The translations under genes were made by a program, and so were the position numbers. Below are positions 43,961-56,304 of a stretch of 64,000 bases of DNA, piece by piece. Source of the stretch: an uncultured Hormoscilla sp. GTDB lineage: Bacteria; Cyanobacteriota; Cyanobacteriia; Cyanobacteriales; Desertifilaceae. Positions within the stretch are counted from its first letter, which is position 1. Every line of letters starts with the position of its first letter. The stretch spans positions 2,816,001-2,880,000 of the forward strand of contig OZ001293.3 in the NCBI GenBank assembly GCA_963921275.4. The letters run 5' to 3'. Under the pieces are notes generated by a model that had not been told where the DNA came from, did not search any database, and saw nothing but the letters and a program-made list of their open reading frames with translations.

Positions 43961-44299
43961 GGTTAATTTTTGATTTTTATTTTTTTTTTAAACAGGTTTT
44001 GCCTGGTCACGTCTTTCGCCATCAACCAGGAAATCTGCCCCGTTTTTTCTGATTACACCCCTTACTTACTCATTTTATCTTGCTCTGAGAGGAGAATCAT
44101 CCCTATTTCTACGCAATATCTTCACTTCTTAACAATTTTTAACTCCAATTCCCGAACAAACTTTCCGTGGCCCGCTTCGGCCTCTGTTGCCGCCAACTGG
44201 CTTCGATAAAAATACTTCCCAAAAAAATCTTTGTCAAGATTCCCCGAAATGATAAAATAAAAAGCTAATTGATTTAGGTATAAATTGGTAATACTGGCA

Positions 44300-44893
44300 G
44301 TGAACACACCTACCCACGCCATTGTCAATCTTAGCCTTCTCGGCAAACTGCCGCTGTCGCAGTTTAATCTACCGATTGTTATCGGCGGAATTATACCTGA
44401 CCTACCCATATTTGTTTTTTACTTCTGGGCCAAATTTGTCGGGAAATTACCAGAAAGTCAAATCTGGTCGAAGGCCTACTACCAACCGCTGTGCCAAAAT
44501 GCAGTAGCTCTATTTCATTCCATTCCCCTGGCTGTCATGGGATGGATAATTGGCTACTATGGGGGTTGGCAGACTATGCAAATCCTGTGCCTGAGTTTAA
44601 TACTACATTCCCTACTCGACTTGCCAGTACATAACTCGGACGCCCACCGGCACTTTTTCCCCTTCAGCAATTATCGCTTCATCAGTCCCCTCTCCTACTG
44701 GGACCGAGAGCATTATGGGAGCATAGTCGCCCTGATAGAATTATTGCTAGTTATAATTGCCACCTGCAATTGCTTCAGCTTTGTCCAGTCGGTGGTGGGG
44801 AAAGGACTAATGCTGGCAGTAAACCTATTTTACTTAATAGGCTATATCTATTTTTACGCCCGTTCCGGCCCGTTCAAGAGCGGCGAATATTAA
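44300..44893 (+). CDS. Membrane-bound metal-dependent hydrolase-like protein
   Basis: GTG start [36 protein letters not shown]. Confidence 0.7.
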   Translation: MNTPTHAIVNLSLLGKLPLSQFNLPIVIGGIIPDLPIFVFYFWAKFVGKLPESQIWSKAYYQPLCQNAVALFHSIPLAVMGWIIGYYGGWQTMQILCLSLILHSLLDLPVHNSDAHRHFFPFSNYRFISPLSYWDREHYGSIVALIELLLVIIATCNCFSFVQSVVGKGLMLAVNLFYLIGYIYFYARSGPFKSGEY

Positions 44894-45770
44894 AGCAACA
44901 CCATTCTTGGCGACGCCAGAGAGCTGCTACAATCCAGCCATGTTGCTCCAGCGTATCTGCCACAGGTTTAACTTGCTCTAACAGGACGCCACTAATAATG
45001 CCCCAAGTAGTAGGTTTGACTAGAGCCTCTAACTGGGGTACGATGTCAATAATCACTTCTGCGAGGATATTGCAGGTAATCCCATCCACTGGACCGGATG
45101 TAATTTCCAGCAGGCGCGAGATCCCACCGCGCTTGACATCGAGTAACTCATGACCCATCTGATTGAGATGACCATTGCTGCGAGTCGCGCGCACTGCCAT
45201 AGGGTCAATATCAACAGCATAGACCTTACTGGCGCCCAAGAGAATAGCGCCAATGGAGAGAATGCCCGAACCGCAGCCAATATCTGCCACTATCCTAGAA
45301 TCTCCGGTCTCATCTAAACCCAGACGCATTTCTAAAGCTTCTAGACATAGCTGAGTTGTCTCATGACCGCCCGTACCAAAAGCCACTCCTGGGTCCAAGC
45401 GCAATATCAACCGGTCCGATTCTCCTGGCACGGGCAACCAGGCCGGGTAGATTAAAAAGCGATCGCCAATTTTCAGAGGATGCCAATATTGCTTCCAGCT
45501 ACTAGCCCAGTCTTCCTCATCGATCAGATGCCACTGCAGTGCTGGCATTGTACCCGAAACCATCTGGGCATCCTGTTGCTGCCAAAGAGACAGAGCCGCC
45601 AAGTCTAGCAGTTGAGCATCTTCTTGAGGCAAATAAGCTTTCACTAGAGTAGCATTGCCTTTGATTTCACTGCTTGTCCCTTTACAGCCAAACTTTTCCA
45701 GACGCCAGAAGATTAAATCTTCCCAAACTGGTTCACAGAAAATCTGAATTTCCCACCAATGATTTGCCAA
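44874..45770 (-). CDS. prmA: Ribosomal protein L11 methyltransferase
   Basis: [47 protein letters not shown]. Confidence 0.93.
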   Translation of the reverse strand: MANHWWEIQIFCEPVWEDLIFWRLEKFGCKGTSSEIKGNATLVKAYLPQEDAQLLDLAALSLWQQQDAQMVSGTMPALQWHLIDEEDWASSWKQYWHPLKIGDRFLIYPAWLPVPGESDRLILRLDPGVAFGTGGHETTQLCLEALEMRLGLDETGDSRIVADIGCGSGILSIGAILLGASKVYAVDIDPMAVRATRSNGHLNQMGHELLDVKRGGISRLLEITSGPVDGITCNILAEVIIDIVPQLEALVKPTTWGIISGVLLEQVKPVADTLEQHGWIVAALWRRQEWCCFNIRRS

Positions 45771-46002
45771 AATCGCGCCAAGCCCTCATCCACCACATAA
45801 GAGTCAATCTTATCCCATTTTCGATGCACTCTCCAGAGATTGCCGCACGGAAGGCGGTTGTTGTGTCTCTTGGGAGCGCTACCGCACAAAAGGGGAGACA
45901 CAGCTCGGTAGTTGCTAGCATTTATCGGAGATGGTATCAATCGAGCGAGCAATTACGATCGTATTTGTCGTATTCGATCGAGAATTCTACCATCGTTTCA
46001 GA

Positions 46003-47583
46003 TTAAAGAGTTACCGTGTAGGCATCACGAATTCCTGGCACCTTTGAGATCTCATCCAAAATTCCTTCTGGTAGGGGGTCATCGAGGCTCAACACCATCA
46101 CCGCATCACCGCGCACAATTTGGCGACCGACCTGCATACTAGCGATATTGACATTAAAACTGCCCAGCAGGGAACCGATCTTACCAATCAGCCCAGGCAT
46201 ATCCCGGTGGCGGGTGAACAGCATATAGTTACTGGGAGGAACATTGATCGGGAAACCATCCACATTTGTGATGCGAATTTCACCATCTCCCAACAAAGCC
46301 CCCGTGACCGTATGATCTCCCAAAGAACCTTTAGCTTCCAGATGCAAGGAGCCAGTGTAATCCTTTTTGGAGGGATCTCGGGTTTCAATCACGTGAATTC
46401 CTCGTTCCTGGGCTTCAATGCTAGCATTGACATAATTAACCCGCTCTCGCAAAGCTTGAGACAGCAGACCCTTCAAGGCCGCTACCACCACTGGCTGACT
46501 TTGATTAGTTGCCAATTCTCCTTGCAGGCGCACATCCAGGAAATCAACCCTACCTCCGGCCAATTGGCCTACTAGCTTACCGAGGGTTTCCGCCAATTGC
46601 AAGTATGGTCTGAGCTGTTCGAGGGCATCGGGGTGCAGTCCGGGAATATTTACTGCCGATCGGGCGGGTAGGCCCAGCAGCAGATCTCGAATTTGCTCGG
46701 CTACATCCACGGCCACATTCTGTTGAGCTTCAGTGGTGGATGCTCCCAGGTGGGGAGTGAGGACAACTCCTTTATCAATGTCGCGCAAGGGCGAGTCACC
46801 CAAAGGTTCCGTTTCATAAACATCTAGGGCAGCACCAGCAATTTTACCTGACTGAAGCGCCTCTGCCAGGGCCGCCTCATCGATTATACCACCCCGAGCA
46901 CAGTTAATAATCCGAGCCGTTGGCTTCATTTTCGCCATTGCTGCGGCATCGATCAGGTGAGTCGTTTCTGGGGTTTTGGGGATATGGAGGGTAATGTAGT
47001 CCGCTTCTTGTAGCAGCACATCCATTTCTACCAGACGGCAGCCTAGCTGATCGGCTCGTTCTCTAGATATAAACGGATCGTAAGCCAACAGTTTCATACC
47101 CATGGCCTTGGCTGCGGTGGCCACATGGGAGCCAATTTTGCCCAAGCCAACTACGCCTAGAATTTTCTTATATACCTCAGTACCGATAAAGCTTTTACGG
47201 TCCCATTGACCGTTTTTGAGGGATTGGTTAGCCTGGGGAACGTGGCGCGAGAGAGACAGCATCAGGGCCAGGGCATGTTCGGCGGCAGCTATAGTATTGC
47301 CTTCCGGGGAGTTGACGACTACAATTCCTTTACGGGTAGCAGCTGGGACATCCACATTATCCACGCCTACACCGGCTCTGCCAATGATTTTCAGCTGTTC
47401 TCCAGCTTCGATCATCTCCTGGGTGACGCAAGTCCCCGATCGGATCATCAGAGCGTCGTAGTCGGGGATAATTTTGACTAATTCCGCCGGTGGCAGACCG
47501 GTTTTAATGTCTACCTGGGCAACTTGGGAGAGGATATCGATTCCAGCTTGGTCAATGGAGTCAGAGACTAGAACTTTAGGCAT
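46003..47583 (-). CDS. serA: D-3-phosphoglycerate dehydrogenase
   Basis: MPKVLVSD, GRAGVGVDN, GLGKIG, NCARGG, TPHLGAST, C-terminal ACT domain. Confidence 0.95.
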   Translation of the reverse strand: MPKVLVSDSIDQAGIDILSQVAQVDIKTGLPPAELVKIIPDYDALMIRSGTCVTQEMIEAGEQLKIIGRAGVGVDNVDVPAATRKGIVVVNSPEGNTIAAAEHALALMLSLSRHVPQANQSLKNGQWDRKSFIGTEVYKKILGVVGLGKIGSHVATAAKAMGMKLLAYDPFISRERADQLGCRLVEMDVLLQEADYITLHIPKTPETTHLIDAAAMAKMKPTARIINCARGGIIDEAALAEALQSGKIAGAALDVYETEPLGDSPLRDIDKGVVLTPHLGASTTEAQQNVAVDVAEQIRDLLLGLPARSAVNIPGLHPDALEQLRPYLQLAETLGKLVGQLAGGRVDFLDVRLQGELATNQSQPVVVAALKGLLSQALRERVNYVNASIEAQERGIHVIETRDPSKKDYTGSLHLEAKGSLGDHTVTGALLGDGEIRITNVDGFPINVPPSNYMLFTRHRDMPGLIGKIGSLLGSFNVNIASMQVGRQIVRGDAVMVLSLDDPLPEGILDEISKVPGIRDAYTVTL

Positions 47584-47810
47584 GGTCTGGTTTTCGTTCT
47601 GGTAATGGGGATACTTTACTATTTTTAGACCCTGCCGATGTCTCCCGGGAGCGCTAACCGCACTACCCGGGAGACATAGCACGGTAATTGTGCAGATATG
47701 GGGCAGGCAGGGGTCGCAACAGTAGGATATTCTAGCGCTAAAGTGGTCAAGAGGATACCACTAGATTTTTTAGCTTTCGACTTCGTTTCGTCAATTGTGC
47801 AATCTCAATA

Positions 47811-48320
47811 ATGAATTATCTCATTGCAGTGTTAAGCGATCGCCTGCAGGCAGAAGCGGCCTACTCGGCTTTAGAAAAGGAGGGTTTCCCCCTGTCTCAA
47901 GTTACGCTCCTGGGGAGGGGGTACAAGAGTGCCGATGAGTTTGGTCTGATTGACCCCAATCTACAAGCCGTGAAGCGAGCGAGACTGATGTCATACTGGC
48001 TAGTCCCCTTTGGCTTTTTCGCTGGGGCTACATTCAGTCTCATCACTGGCTTAAATACCTTTGCCTGGGCGGGTGAATTCGGCAATCATGTCATTGGGGG
48101 CTTGTTAGGTGCTGGATCTGGGGCTCTGGGTGCTGCTGTTGTCGGTGGCGGGGTGAGCTTAATTACTGGTGGCGATGCTTTACCCTACCGCGATCGCCTG
48201 AATGCTGGCAAGTACCTGATTGTGGTCCAGGGGGCTGCAAGTCTTACCCGCAAGGCGACAAGCATCCTGCGCCAGTTTGAACCGGAGAACATTCAGGACT
48301 ATGTGGATCTTGAGAGTTGA
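47811..48320 (+). CDS. Conserved cyanobacterial membrane protein
   Basis: MNYLIAVLSDRLQAEAAY...two glycine-rich TM segments...LNAGKYLIVV. Confidence 0.7.
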   Translation: MNYLIAVLSDRLQAEAAYSALEKEGFPLSQVTLLGRGYKSADEFGLIDPNLQAVKRARLMSYWLVPFGFFAGATFSLITGLNTFAWAGEFGNHVIGGLLGAGSGALGAAVVGGGVSLITGGDALPYRDRLNAGKYLIVVQGAASLTRKATSILRQFEPENIQDYVDLES

Positions 48321-48347
48321 CTGGTCGCGTAGGACCGCTCGTTTGCC

Positions 48348-48457
48348 TGTCAGTGGTTAGTGGTTAGTGGTTAGTGGTTAGTGGTAAACTGACAACCGAC
48401 AACTGACAATTAACAACTAACAACCGACAACTGACAACTAACAACTAACAACTGACA
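48348..48457. repeat. Inverted STRR heptamer arrays (AGTGGTT)n / (CAACTRA)n
   Basis: Opposed heptamer tracts that could form an imperfect hairpin. Confidence 0.7.
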
Positions 48458-48501
48458 TGGTATATGCTATAATTACCAGCAATTTAGTAGGATAAAAGCT
48501 C

Positions 48502-48870
48502 ATGAGTACAGATAGACTAGACCGGATTGAAGCCATTTTAGAACAGATGGCAGTTCAACGAGAAGCAGATCGCCAGGAGATGAGAGCACAACGAGAAGCA
48601 GATCGGCGGGAAATGGCAGAGTTAAGATCGACGGTCACATCCCTGGTGCAGACAGTTGAGTTACATCAGCGTTACCACGAGACAAGTCAGCGCAACTTTG
48701 AAAAAATTATGATCGAGATCAGAGAAATAAAAGCTGAGATCAGAGAAATTCAAGCTGAGATCAGAGAAATTCAAGCTCTGATCTCAAATATGCAAGCTGA
48801 GATCAGAGGTTTGCAGGTGGAGAACCGTCGGATTTTAGAGCGAGTGTTTGGTCCTGACTTCGATGTCTAA
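48502..48870 (+). CDS. Coiled-coil hypothetical protein, copy 1
   Basis: MSTDRLDRIEAIL; QREADRQEMRA and EIREIQA repeats. Confidence 0.7.
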   Translation: MSTDRLDRIEAILEQMAVQREADRQEMRAQREADRREMAELRSTVTSLVQTVELHQRYHETSQRNFEKIMIEIREIKAEIREIQAEIREIQALISNMQAEIRGLQVENRRILERVFGPDFDV

Positions 48871-49058
48871 ACAGATAGATAGGGTGGGATGCAGATGTGG
48901 TAGTGAATGAGAAAAGATGTTACCAAGGGAAGAACAGCTCAAAACTGTAGAAAATTGGGAAGGGGTGGCGCGATCGATGTCCAACTGAAAAAAATTGATA
49001 AGGGACAAGGCACATAGGATCTAGTAGAATAATTAGCAAGAAATTAGGAGAAAAGCTC

Positions 49059-49439
49059 ATGAGTACAGACAGACTAGACAGGATTGAAGCCATTCTCGAA
49101 CAGATGGCAGTTCAACGAGAAGCAGATCGGCAGGAGATGAGAGCACAACGAGAAGCAGATCGGCAGGAGATGAGAGCACAACGAGAAGCAGATCGGCGCG
49201 AAATGGCAGAGTTAAGATCGACGGTCACATCCCTGGTGCAGACAGTTGAGTTACATCAGCGTTACCACGAGACAAGTCAGCGTAACTTTGAACAAATAAT
49301 GATCGAGATCAGAGAAATACAAGCTGAGATCAGAGAAATACAAGCTCAGATTTCAAACATGCAAGCTGAGATCAGAGGTTTGCAGGTGGAGAACCGTCGG
49401 ATTTTAGAGCGAGTGTTTGGTCCTGACTTCGATGTCTAA
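49059..49439 (+). CDS. Coiled-coil hypothetical protein, copy 2
   Basis: Near-identical to copy 1 but with different repeat counts. Confidence 0.7.
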   Translation: MSTDRLDRIEAILEQMAVQREADRQEMRAQREADRQEMRAQREADRREMAELRSTVTSLVQTVELHQRYHETSQRNFEQIMIEIREIQAEIREIQAQISNMQAEIRGLQVENRRILERVFGPDFDV

Positions 49440-49485
49440 ACAGATATATAGGGTGGGATGCAGATGTTGTAGTGAATAAAAATAG

Positions 49486-50265
49486 ATGTTACCAAGGGAA
49501 GAACTGCTAAAAGCTGTAGAAAATCGAGAAGCGGTGGCGCGATCGATCGATTTGGCGGACCAGGCGATTAAAACCTGGGAGGTGGTGCTGACGGATTTTC
49601 TGAAACCACCGGTATTGGCTGAGTCCCAGCAGGTGTTGGGACAGTTAACGGAGGTGCAGCTAGTAGCTTGGGGTGGCTATCCGCAAGCGGAACGGAAAAG
49701 ATTGGCGATCGCCCGAGAAGAAATTCCTTTAGACTCTACTAACATTGAGGTGATAGCTTTAGAGATTGCGGGCAATTTCCTGTTTGATACGGCCAGTCAT
49801 CGGGATTTTCTGGGTGCGATGCTGGGAATGGGGATTGTGCGGGAAAAAACTGGCGATATTATTGTGCTGGGGGAACGGGGGGCACAGGCGATCGTGGTGC
49901 CGGAGATGGTAGGGTTTCTGGAGATGCATTTGATTAAGGTGCGATCGGTGCCAGTGACAACTAGACGCATTGAGTTGAACGAACTGAGGATTAGAGAACC
50001 GAAGCAGAAGCAGTTAACTACGGTAGAGGCGTCTCTGCGGTTGGATGCGATCGCCTCAGCAGGGTTTGGCATGTCCCGCAGCAAAATGGTAGATATGATT
50101 AATGCTGGAGACGTGCGAGTCAACTGGAAGGAAGTCACCAGCAGTTCTTATCAGGTCAAACCCGGAGATTTAATCGCCATTCGCGGTAAAGGACGCCTGG
50201 AAGTGGGCGAAGTTAGCGTCACCAAAAAGCAACGCTATAGTCTCGGACTGACGCGCTTTATGTAA
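49486..50265 (+). CDS. Photosystem II S4-domain (YlmH-like) RNA-binding protein
   Basis: MLPREELLK, GGYPQAER, HRDFLGAMLG, EASLRLDAIASAGFGMSRSK. Confidence 0.9.
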   Translation: MLPREELLKAVENREAVARSIDLADQAIKTWEVVLTDFLKPPVLAESQQVLGQLTEVQLVAWGGYPQAERKRLAIAREEIPLDSTNIEVIALEIAGNFLFDTASHRDFLGAMLGMGIVREKTGDIIVLGERGAQAIVVPEMVGFLEMHLIKVRSVPVTTRRIELNELRIREPKQKQLTTVEASLRLDAIASAGFGMSRSKMVDMINAGDVRVNWKEVTSSSYQVKPGDLIAIRGKGRLEVGEVSVTKKQRYSLGLTRFM

Positions 50266-50540
50266 GTTGCGAATGGCTAATTGCTAATTGCCTATTAAAA
50301 ACTGACAACTGACAATTAATCATTAATAAAGGACAAAGCTTTTCCTATTATACAGTTAAGTCGGGTGCATCTCAATATTAGTAGGAACTGCCATATCACC
50401 AGATGCGCAGGCACTGTCCGCTCTTTCTGAGAGGCCCTCCCATGGCTAGCGCCCCCAGCGTAGCGCCATCGGATGCCTGAAGCATCATCCAGCGCATGTT
50501 CCAGGCATCGTGGTCATCGGGTTTGATTTCTATCGTTTTG

Positions 50541-53500
50541 TCATAGGATGCGAGCGTCCCTTTGTTTTGCCCGGTCTCGCGCTCGCATGGCTTCTATCAC
50601 CTCTTCCATCTTCTCGCAGTTCGTCTTGTAGGACTCCAAACGAAATAACAGAGAACTGGCTTTGATTTCTATCGCTTTGTCATAGGATGCGATCGCCTCA
50701 TCATACCTTGACAACTGATACAGCGCATTGCCACGGTTGTTCCAGGCGTTCCAGGCATGGTATAAATCTGGTTTGATTTCTATCGCTTTGTCATAGGATG
50801 CGATCGCCTCATCATACCTTGACAACTGATACAGCGCATTGCCACGGTGGTACCAGGCATAGTGGTCATCTGGTTTGATTTCTATCGCTTTGTCAAAGAA
50901 TGCGATCGCCTCATCATACCTTGACAACTGATACAGCGCATTGCCTCGGCGGATGTACCAGGCATCGTGGTCATCTCGTTTGATTTCTATCGCTTTGTCA
51001 TAGGATGAGATCGCCTTATCATGCCTTGACAACTTCCCCAGCACCTTGCTACGGTTGTTCCAGGCTTCGTGGAGATCTGGTTTGATTTCTATGGCTTTGT
51101 CATAGGATGCGAGCGCCTCATCATGCCTTGACAACTTCCTCAGCGCAATGCCACGGTTGTTCCAGGCTGAGTGGAAATCTGGTTTGATTTCTATCGCTTT
51201 GTCAAAGGATGCGAGCGCCTCATCATGCCTTGACAAGTTCTCCAGCGCATTGCCATGGTTGTACCAGGCTTCGTAGTCATCTGGTTTGATTTTTATCGCT
51301 TTGTCATAGGATGCGATCGCCTCTTCATACCTTGACAACTCATCCAGCGCAATGCCCCGGTTGTTCCAGGCATCGTAGTCATCTGGTTTGATTTTTATCG
51401 CTTTGTCATAGGATGCGATCGCCTCTTCATACCTTGACAACTGAAGCAGCGCATAGCTCCGGTGCCACCAGGCTGAGTGGAAATCTGGTTTGATTTCTAC
51501 CGCTTTGTCATAGGATGCGAACGCCTCATCATACCTTGACAACTCATCCAGCGCCTTGCCACGGTTGTACCAGGCATTGCCCCAGATGTACCAGGCTTCG
51601 TCGTAATCAGGTTTGAATTCTTCCTTAATATCAGGTTTTATTTCTTCCTCAAGCGTATCATAATACCTTGACACCCTCGCCCCATACTGCCTCCGCTGCT
51701 CCTGCTGCCTCCGCTGCTCCCGCTGCTCCCGGACCCGGGCGTTCCAGGCTTTGCGGTCACGTCGCCAGGCTTCGTAGTCATCTGGTTTGATTTCTATCGC
51801 TTTGTCATAGGATGCGATCGCCTCATCATACCTTGACAACTGATACAGCGCCTTGCCCCGGTTGTTTCAGGCTTCGTAGTCATCTGGTTTGATTTCTATC
51901 GCTTTGTCATAGGATGCGATCGCCTCATCATACCTTGACAACTCATCCAGCGCCTTGCCCCGGTGCCACCAGGCTGAGTGGAAATCTGGTTTGATTTCTA
52001 TCGCTTTGTCATAGGATGCGATCGCCTCATCATACCTTGACAACTGATACAGCGCCTTGCCCCGGTTGTTCCAGGCTTCGTAGTCATCTGGTTTGATTTC
52101 TATCGCTTTGTCATAGGATGCGATCGCCTCATCATACCTTGACAACTCATCCAGCGCCTTGCCCCGGTGCCACCAGGCTGAGTGGAAATCTGGTTTGATT
52201 TCTATCGCTTTGTCATAGGATGCGATCGCCTCTTCATACCTTGACAACTGATACAGCGCCTTGCCCCGACGCCACCAAGCTGATTGGTCATCTGGTTTGA
52301 TTTCTATCGCTTTGTCAAAGGATGCGAACGTCTCATCATACCTTGACAAGTTCTCCAGTGCATTACCCCGGTTATACCAGGATGGGTGGTCATCTGGTTT
52401 GATTTCTATCGCTTTGTCATAAGATCCGATCGCCTCTTCATGCCTTGACAACTTCCCCAGCGCATAGCCCCGGCGCCACCAGGCTGGGTGGTCATCTGGT
52501 TTGATTTCTATCGCTTTGTCATAGGATCCGATCGCCTCATCATACCTTAACAACTTCTCCAGCGCATTGCCACTGTGCCACCAGGCTGAGTGGTCATCTC
52601 GTTTGATTTTTATCGCTTTGTCATGGGATGCGAACGCCTCATTATACCTTGACAACTTCTCCATCGCCTTGCCCCGGTTGTCCAGGCATCGTAGTCATCT
52701 GGTTTGATTTCTATCGCTTTGTCAAAGGATGCGATCGCCTCATCATACCTTGACAACTGATACAGCGCCTTGCCACGGTGCCACCAGGCTGAGTGGTCAT
52801 CTGGTTTGATTTCTATCGCTTCGTCAAAGGATTCGATCGCCTCATCATACCTTGACAACTGATACAGCGCATAGCCCCGGTGCCACCAGGCTGAGTGGTC
52901 ATCTGGTTTGATTTCTACCGCTTTGTCAGAGGATGCGAACGCCTCATCATACCTTGACAACTGATACAGCGCATAGCCCCGGTGCCACCAGGCTGAGTGG
53001 TCATCTGGTTTGATTTCTACCGCTTTGTCAAAGGATGCGAGCGCCTCATCATACCTTGACAACTGAAGCAGCGCATTGCCCCGGTTGTACCAGGCATCGT
53101 AGTTATCTCGTTTGATTTTTATCGCTCTGTCATAGGATGCGATCGCCTCATCATACCTTGACAACTGATACAGCGCCTTGCCCCGGTTGTTCCAGGCTTC
53201 GTAGTCATCTGGTTTGATTTTTATCGCTTTGTCATAGGATGCGATCGCCTTATTATACCTTGACAACTGAAGCAGCGCATAGCTCCGGTGCCACCAGGCT
53301 GAGTGGAAATCTGGTTTGATTTCTACCGCTTTGTCATAGGATGTGAACGCCTCATCATACCTTGACAACTCATCCAGCGCCTTGCCACGGTTGTACCAGG
53401 CATTGCCCCAGATGTACCAGGCTTCGTCGTAATCAGGTTTGAATTCTTCCTTATCAGGTTTGATTTCTTCCTTAAACGTATCATACCTTGACACCCTCGC

Positions 53501-54699
53501 CCCATACTGCGTCCACTGCTCCCGCTGCCTCCGCTGCTCCCGCTGCTCCCGGACCCGGGCGTTCCAGGCTTTGCGGTCACGTCGCCAGGCTTCGTAGTCA
53601 TCTGGTTTGATTTCTATCGCTTTGTCATAGGATGCGATCGCCTCATCATACCTTGACAACTGATACAGCGCCTTGCCCCGGTTGTTCCAGGCTTCGTAGT
53701 CATCTGGTTTGATTTCTATCGCTTTGTCATAGGATGCGATCGCCTCTTCATACCTTGACAACTGAAGCAGCGCATAGCCCCGGATGTACCAGGTTCCGTG
53801 GTAATCTGGTTTGATTTCTATCGCTTTGTCATAGGATGCGATCGCCTCATCATATTTTGACAACTGATACAGCGCATTGCCCCGGTTATGCCAGGCTGAC
53901 CAGTCATCTGGTTCGATTTCTATCGCTTTGTCATAGGATGCGATCACCTCATCATACCTTGACAACTGAAGCAGCGCCTTGCCCGGTGCCACCAGGCTGG
54001 GTGGTCATCTGGTTTTATTTCTATCGCTTTGTCAAACGATGCGAACGCCTCTTCATACCTTGACAACTCATACAGCGCCTTGCCCCGGATGTACCAGGCT
54101 TCGTAGTCATCTGGTTTGATTTTTATCGCTTTTTCAAAGGATGCGATCGCCTTATCATACCTTGACAACTCATACAGCGCCTTGCCCCGGTGCCACCAGG
54201 CTGGCTGGTCATCTGGTTTTATTTCTATCGCTTTTTCAAAGGATGCGATCGCCTTATCATACCTTGACAACTCATACAGCGCCTTGCCCCGGTGCCACCA
54301 GGCTGGCTGGTCATCTGGTTTTATTTCTATCGCTTTGTCAAACGATGCGATCGCCTCATCATACCTTGACAACTCATACAGCGCCATGCCCCGGATGTAC
54401 CAGAGATCGTGGTCATCTGGTTTTATTTCTATCGCTTTGTCAAAGGATGCGAACGCCTCATCATGCCTTGACAACTGAAGCAGCGCCATGCCACGGTGGT
54501 TCCAGGCTTCGTGGTAATCTGGTTTTATTTCTATCGCTTTGTCAAACGATGCGATCGCCTCATCATACCTTGACAACTCATACAGCGCCTTGCCACGGTT
54601 GTTCCAGACATCGTGGTCACCTATATCTCGTTTGATTTCTATCGCTTTGTTATCGGATGCGATCTCCTCATCATACCTTGACAAGTTCCTTATGGACAT
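50541..54699 (-). pseudogene. Giant TPR-array gene (~35-40 34-aa repeats), broken into four ORFs
   Basis: 102-bp units (W..RG.AL..LSRYDEAIASYDKAIEIKPD); breaks at ~53983 (-1 C), ~52680 (-1 T) and 51867 (TGG>TGA). Confidence 0.85.
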
Positions 54700-55013
54700 A
54701 ATACCTCCAGACTTTGATTTGACATTTTCAAGCTAGGCACTGCTTTGCTGCCCATTTGACTGGGTAGCAACTTTGACAATGCCTCATATTTCATGAACCC
54801 GACAAATAAGACACCTCTATCTTTTTTTTACCAAGACAATCCTGCTTTTGGTTTACGCGGAACAGGCGCGATCGCCGCCCATTGGCAATTAAGTTAGCCC
54901 CTGCGGTACGGAACCGGTGTGGACTGGCGCCGCAACTGGGCAATTAAGTCAGTCATAGGCAAAACCTCCCTTATCTTTCATGATTTCTATATCGTAGGGG
55001 TCAAGTTGAGCGG

Positions 55014-56290
55014 TTAGGCTTTCCTTAAAGTTATCATAACTCCGTTTCTCCCGATCGTACCACCAAGAGTACTTTTTTTTGAGGGCGATCGCCTCTTGGG
55101 GGGTGCTGGCGATCGCCCCCTATCTGGTATAAATAAGTCACCAAGCACCGGCAGCCGGACCGATGCGGGTATCACAGCTACTTTCCCCCAAGCTATTGGC
55201 ATCTGTGTTAAACTTTGTTTTGCTTGACAGGTAAGGCTCCCGATGTGAACGACTCTTCCGTACCCGAGCACGACACTTTCGTGCCACCCGACCACGCGCA
55301 CTGCGCCCACGCTGCCCGACGCATGTTCCTCTAAGGACACTGTCTGCTCTCTCAGAGAGGCCATTATCTCCATCATCCCCATTATCTCCATCATCTCCAT
55401 CATCTCCTCGGATGCCTGAAGCTGTGCTTCCAGGGAGGCGATCTCCTCTAATGACGACTCCTGCAATGACTGATATTCCTCTATCCGATACGACAATTCC
55501 TCAAGCAACTCCTCTATCAGAGTTGCTTGCGCTTCCAAATCCTGCTGCAATGGCTCATAATCAAATAAGATTTGACAATTTAATATTGCTACCTCTGCTC
55601 TTAATGAGGATAATTCTCGGTTTCGCTCTTGTAACCTCCGATCGCCCCTCAGTTTGTCTGTAAATAGTGTTGCGGCACTGGGGCCTAAGTTAGTCATAGG
55701 CAAAACCTTCCTTACCTTCCATGTCATCTCCATTATTCCCATCATCTCCATCATCTCCATCATCTCCATCATCTCCTCGGATGCCTGAAGCTGTGCTTCC
55801 AGGGAGGCGATCTCCTCTGATGACGACTCCTGCAATGACTGATATTCCTCTACCCGATACGACAATTCCTTTTGCAACTCCTCTATCAGAGTTGCTTGTG
55901 CTGCCGAATGCTGCTGCAATGACTCATATTCTGATTTTTCCGGAACGGTGCGCAGTACCCGAGACGACAATTCCTCTATCCTGGAGTGCAACTCTTCTAG
56001 AAGAGTTGCTTGCGCTTCCAAATCCTGCTGCAATGGCTCATAATAAAATAAGATTTGACGATTTAATTCTGCTACTTCTGCTCTTAATGAGGATAATTCT
56101 CGGTTTTGCTTTTGTAACCTCCGATCGCCCCTCAGTTTGTCTCTAAACAGTATCTCTATCGGGGATAATTCTGCCCCGGAGTTCTATATAGATCGTAACA
56201 GTTGGGCTGCTTGGCTGGTGTTACCTTGCTCTAGGGCGGTGTCGAACTGGCACCGCAACTCGGCAATTACATTCTCGATCCTTGTTACGG
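55014..56290 (-). pseudogene. Acidic coiled-coil protein with an internal duplication, degraded
   Basis: Blocks 55360-55660 and 55750-56140 are near-identical; (ATGATGGAG)n microsatellite; stop near 56040. Confidence 0.5.
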
Positions 56291-56304
56291 CACTGGGGCC
56301 TAAG

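Noticed and set aside
53836..54736. Plus-strand repetitive ORFs
   Set aside because: Antisense shadows of the TPR array.
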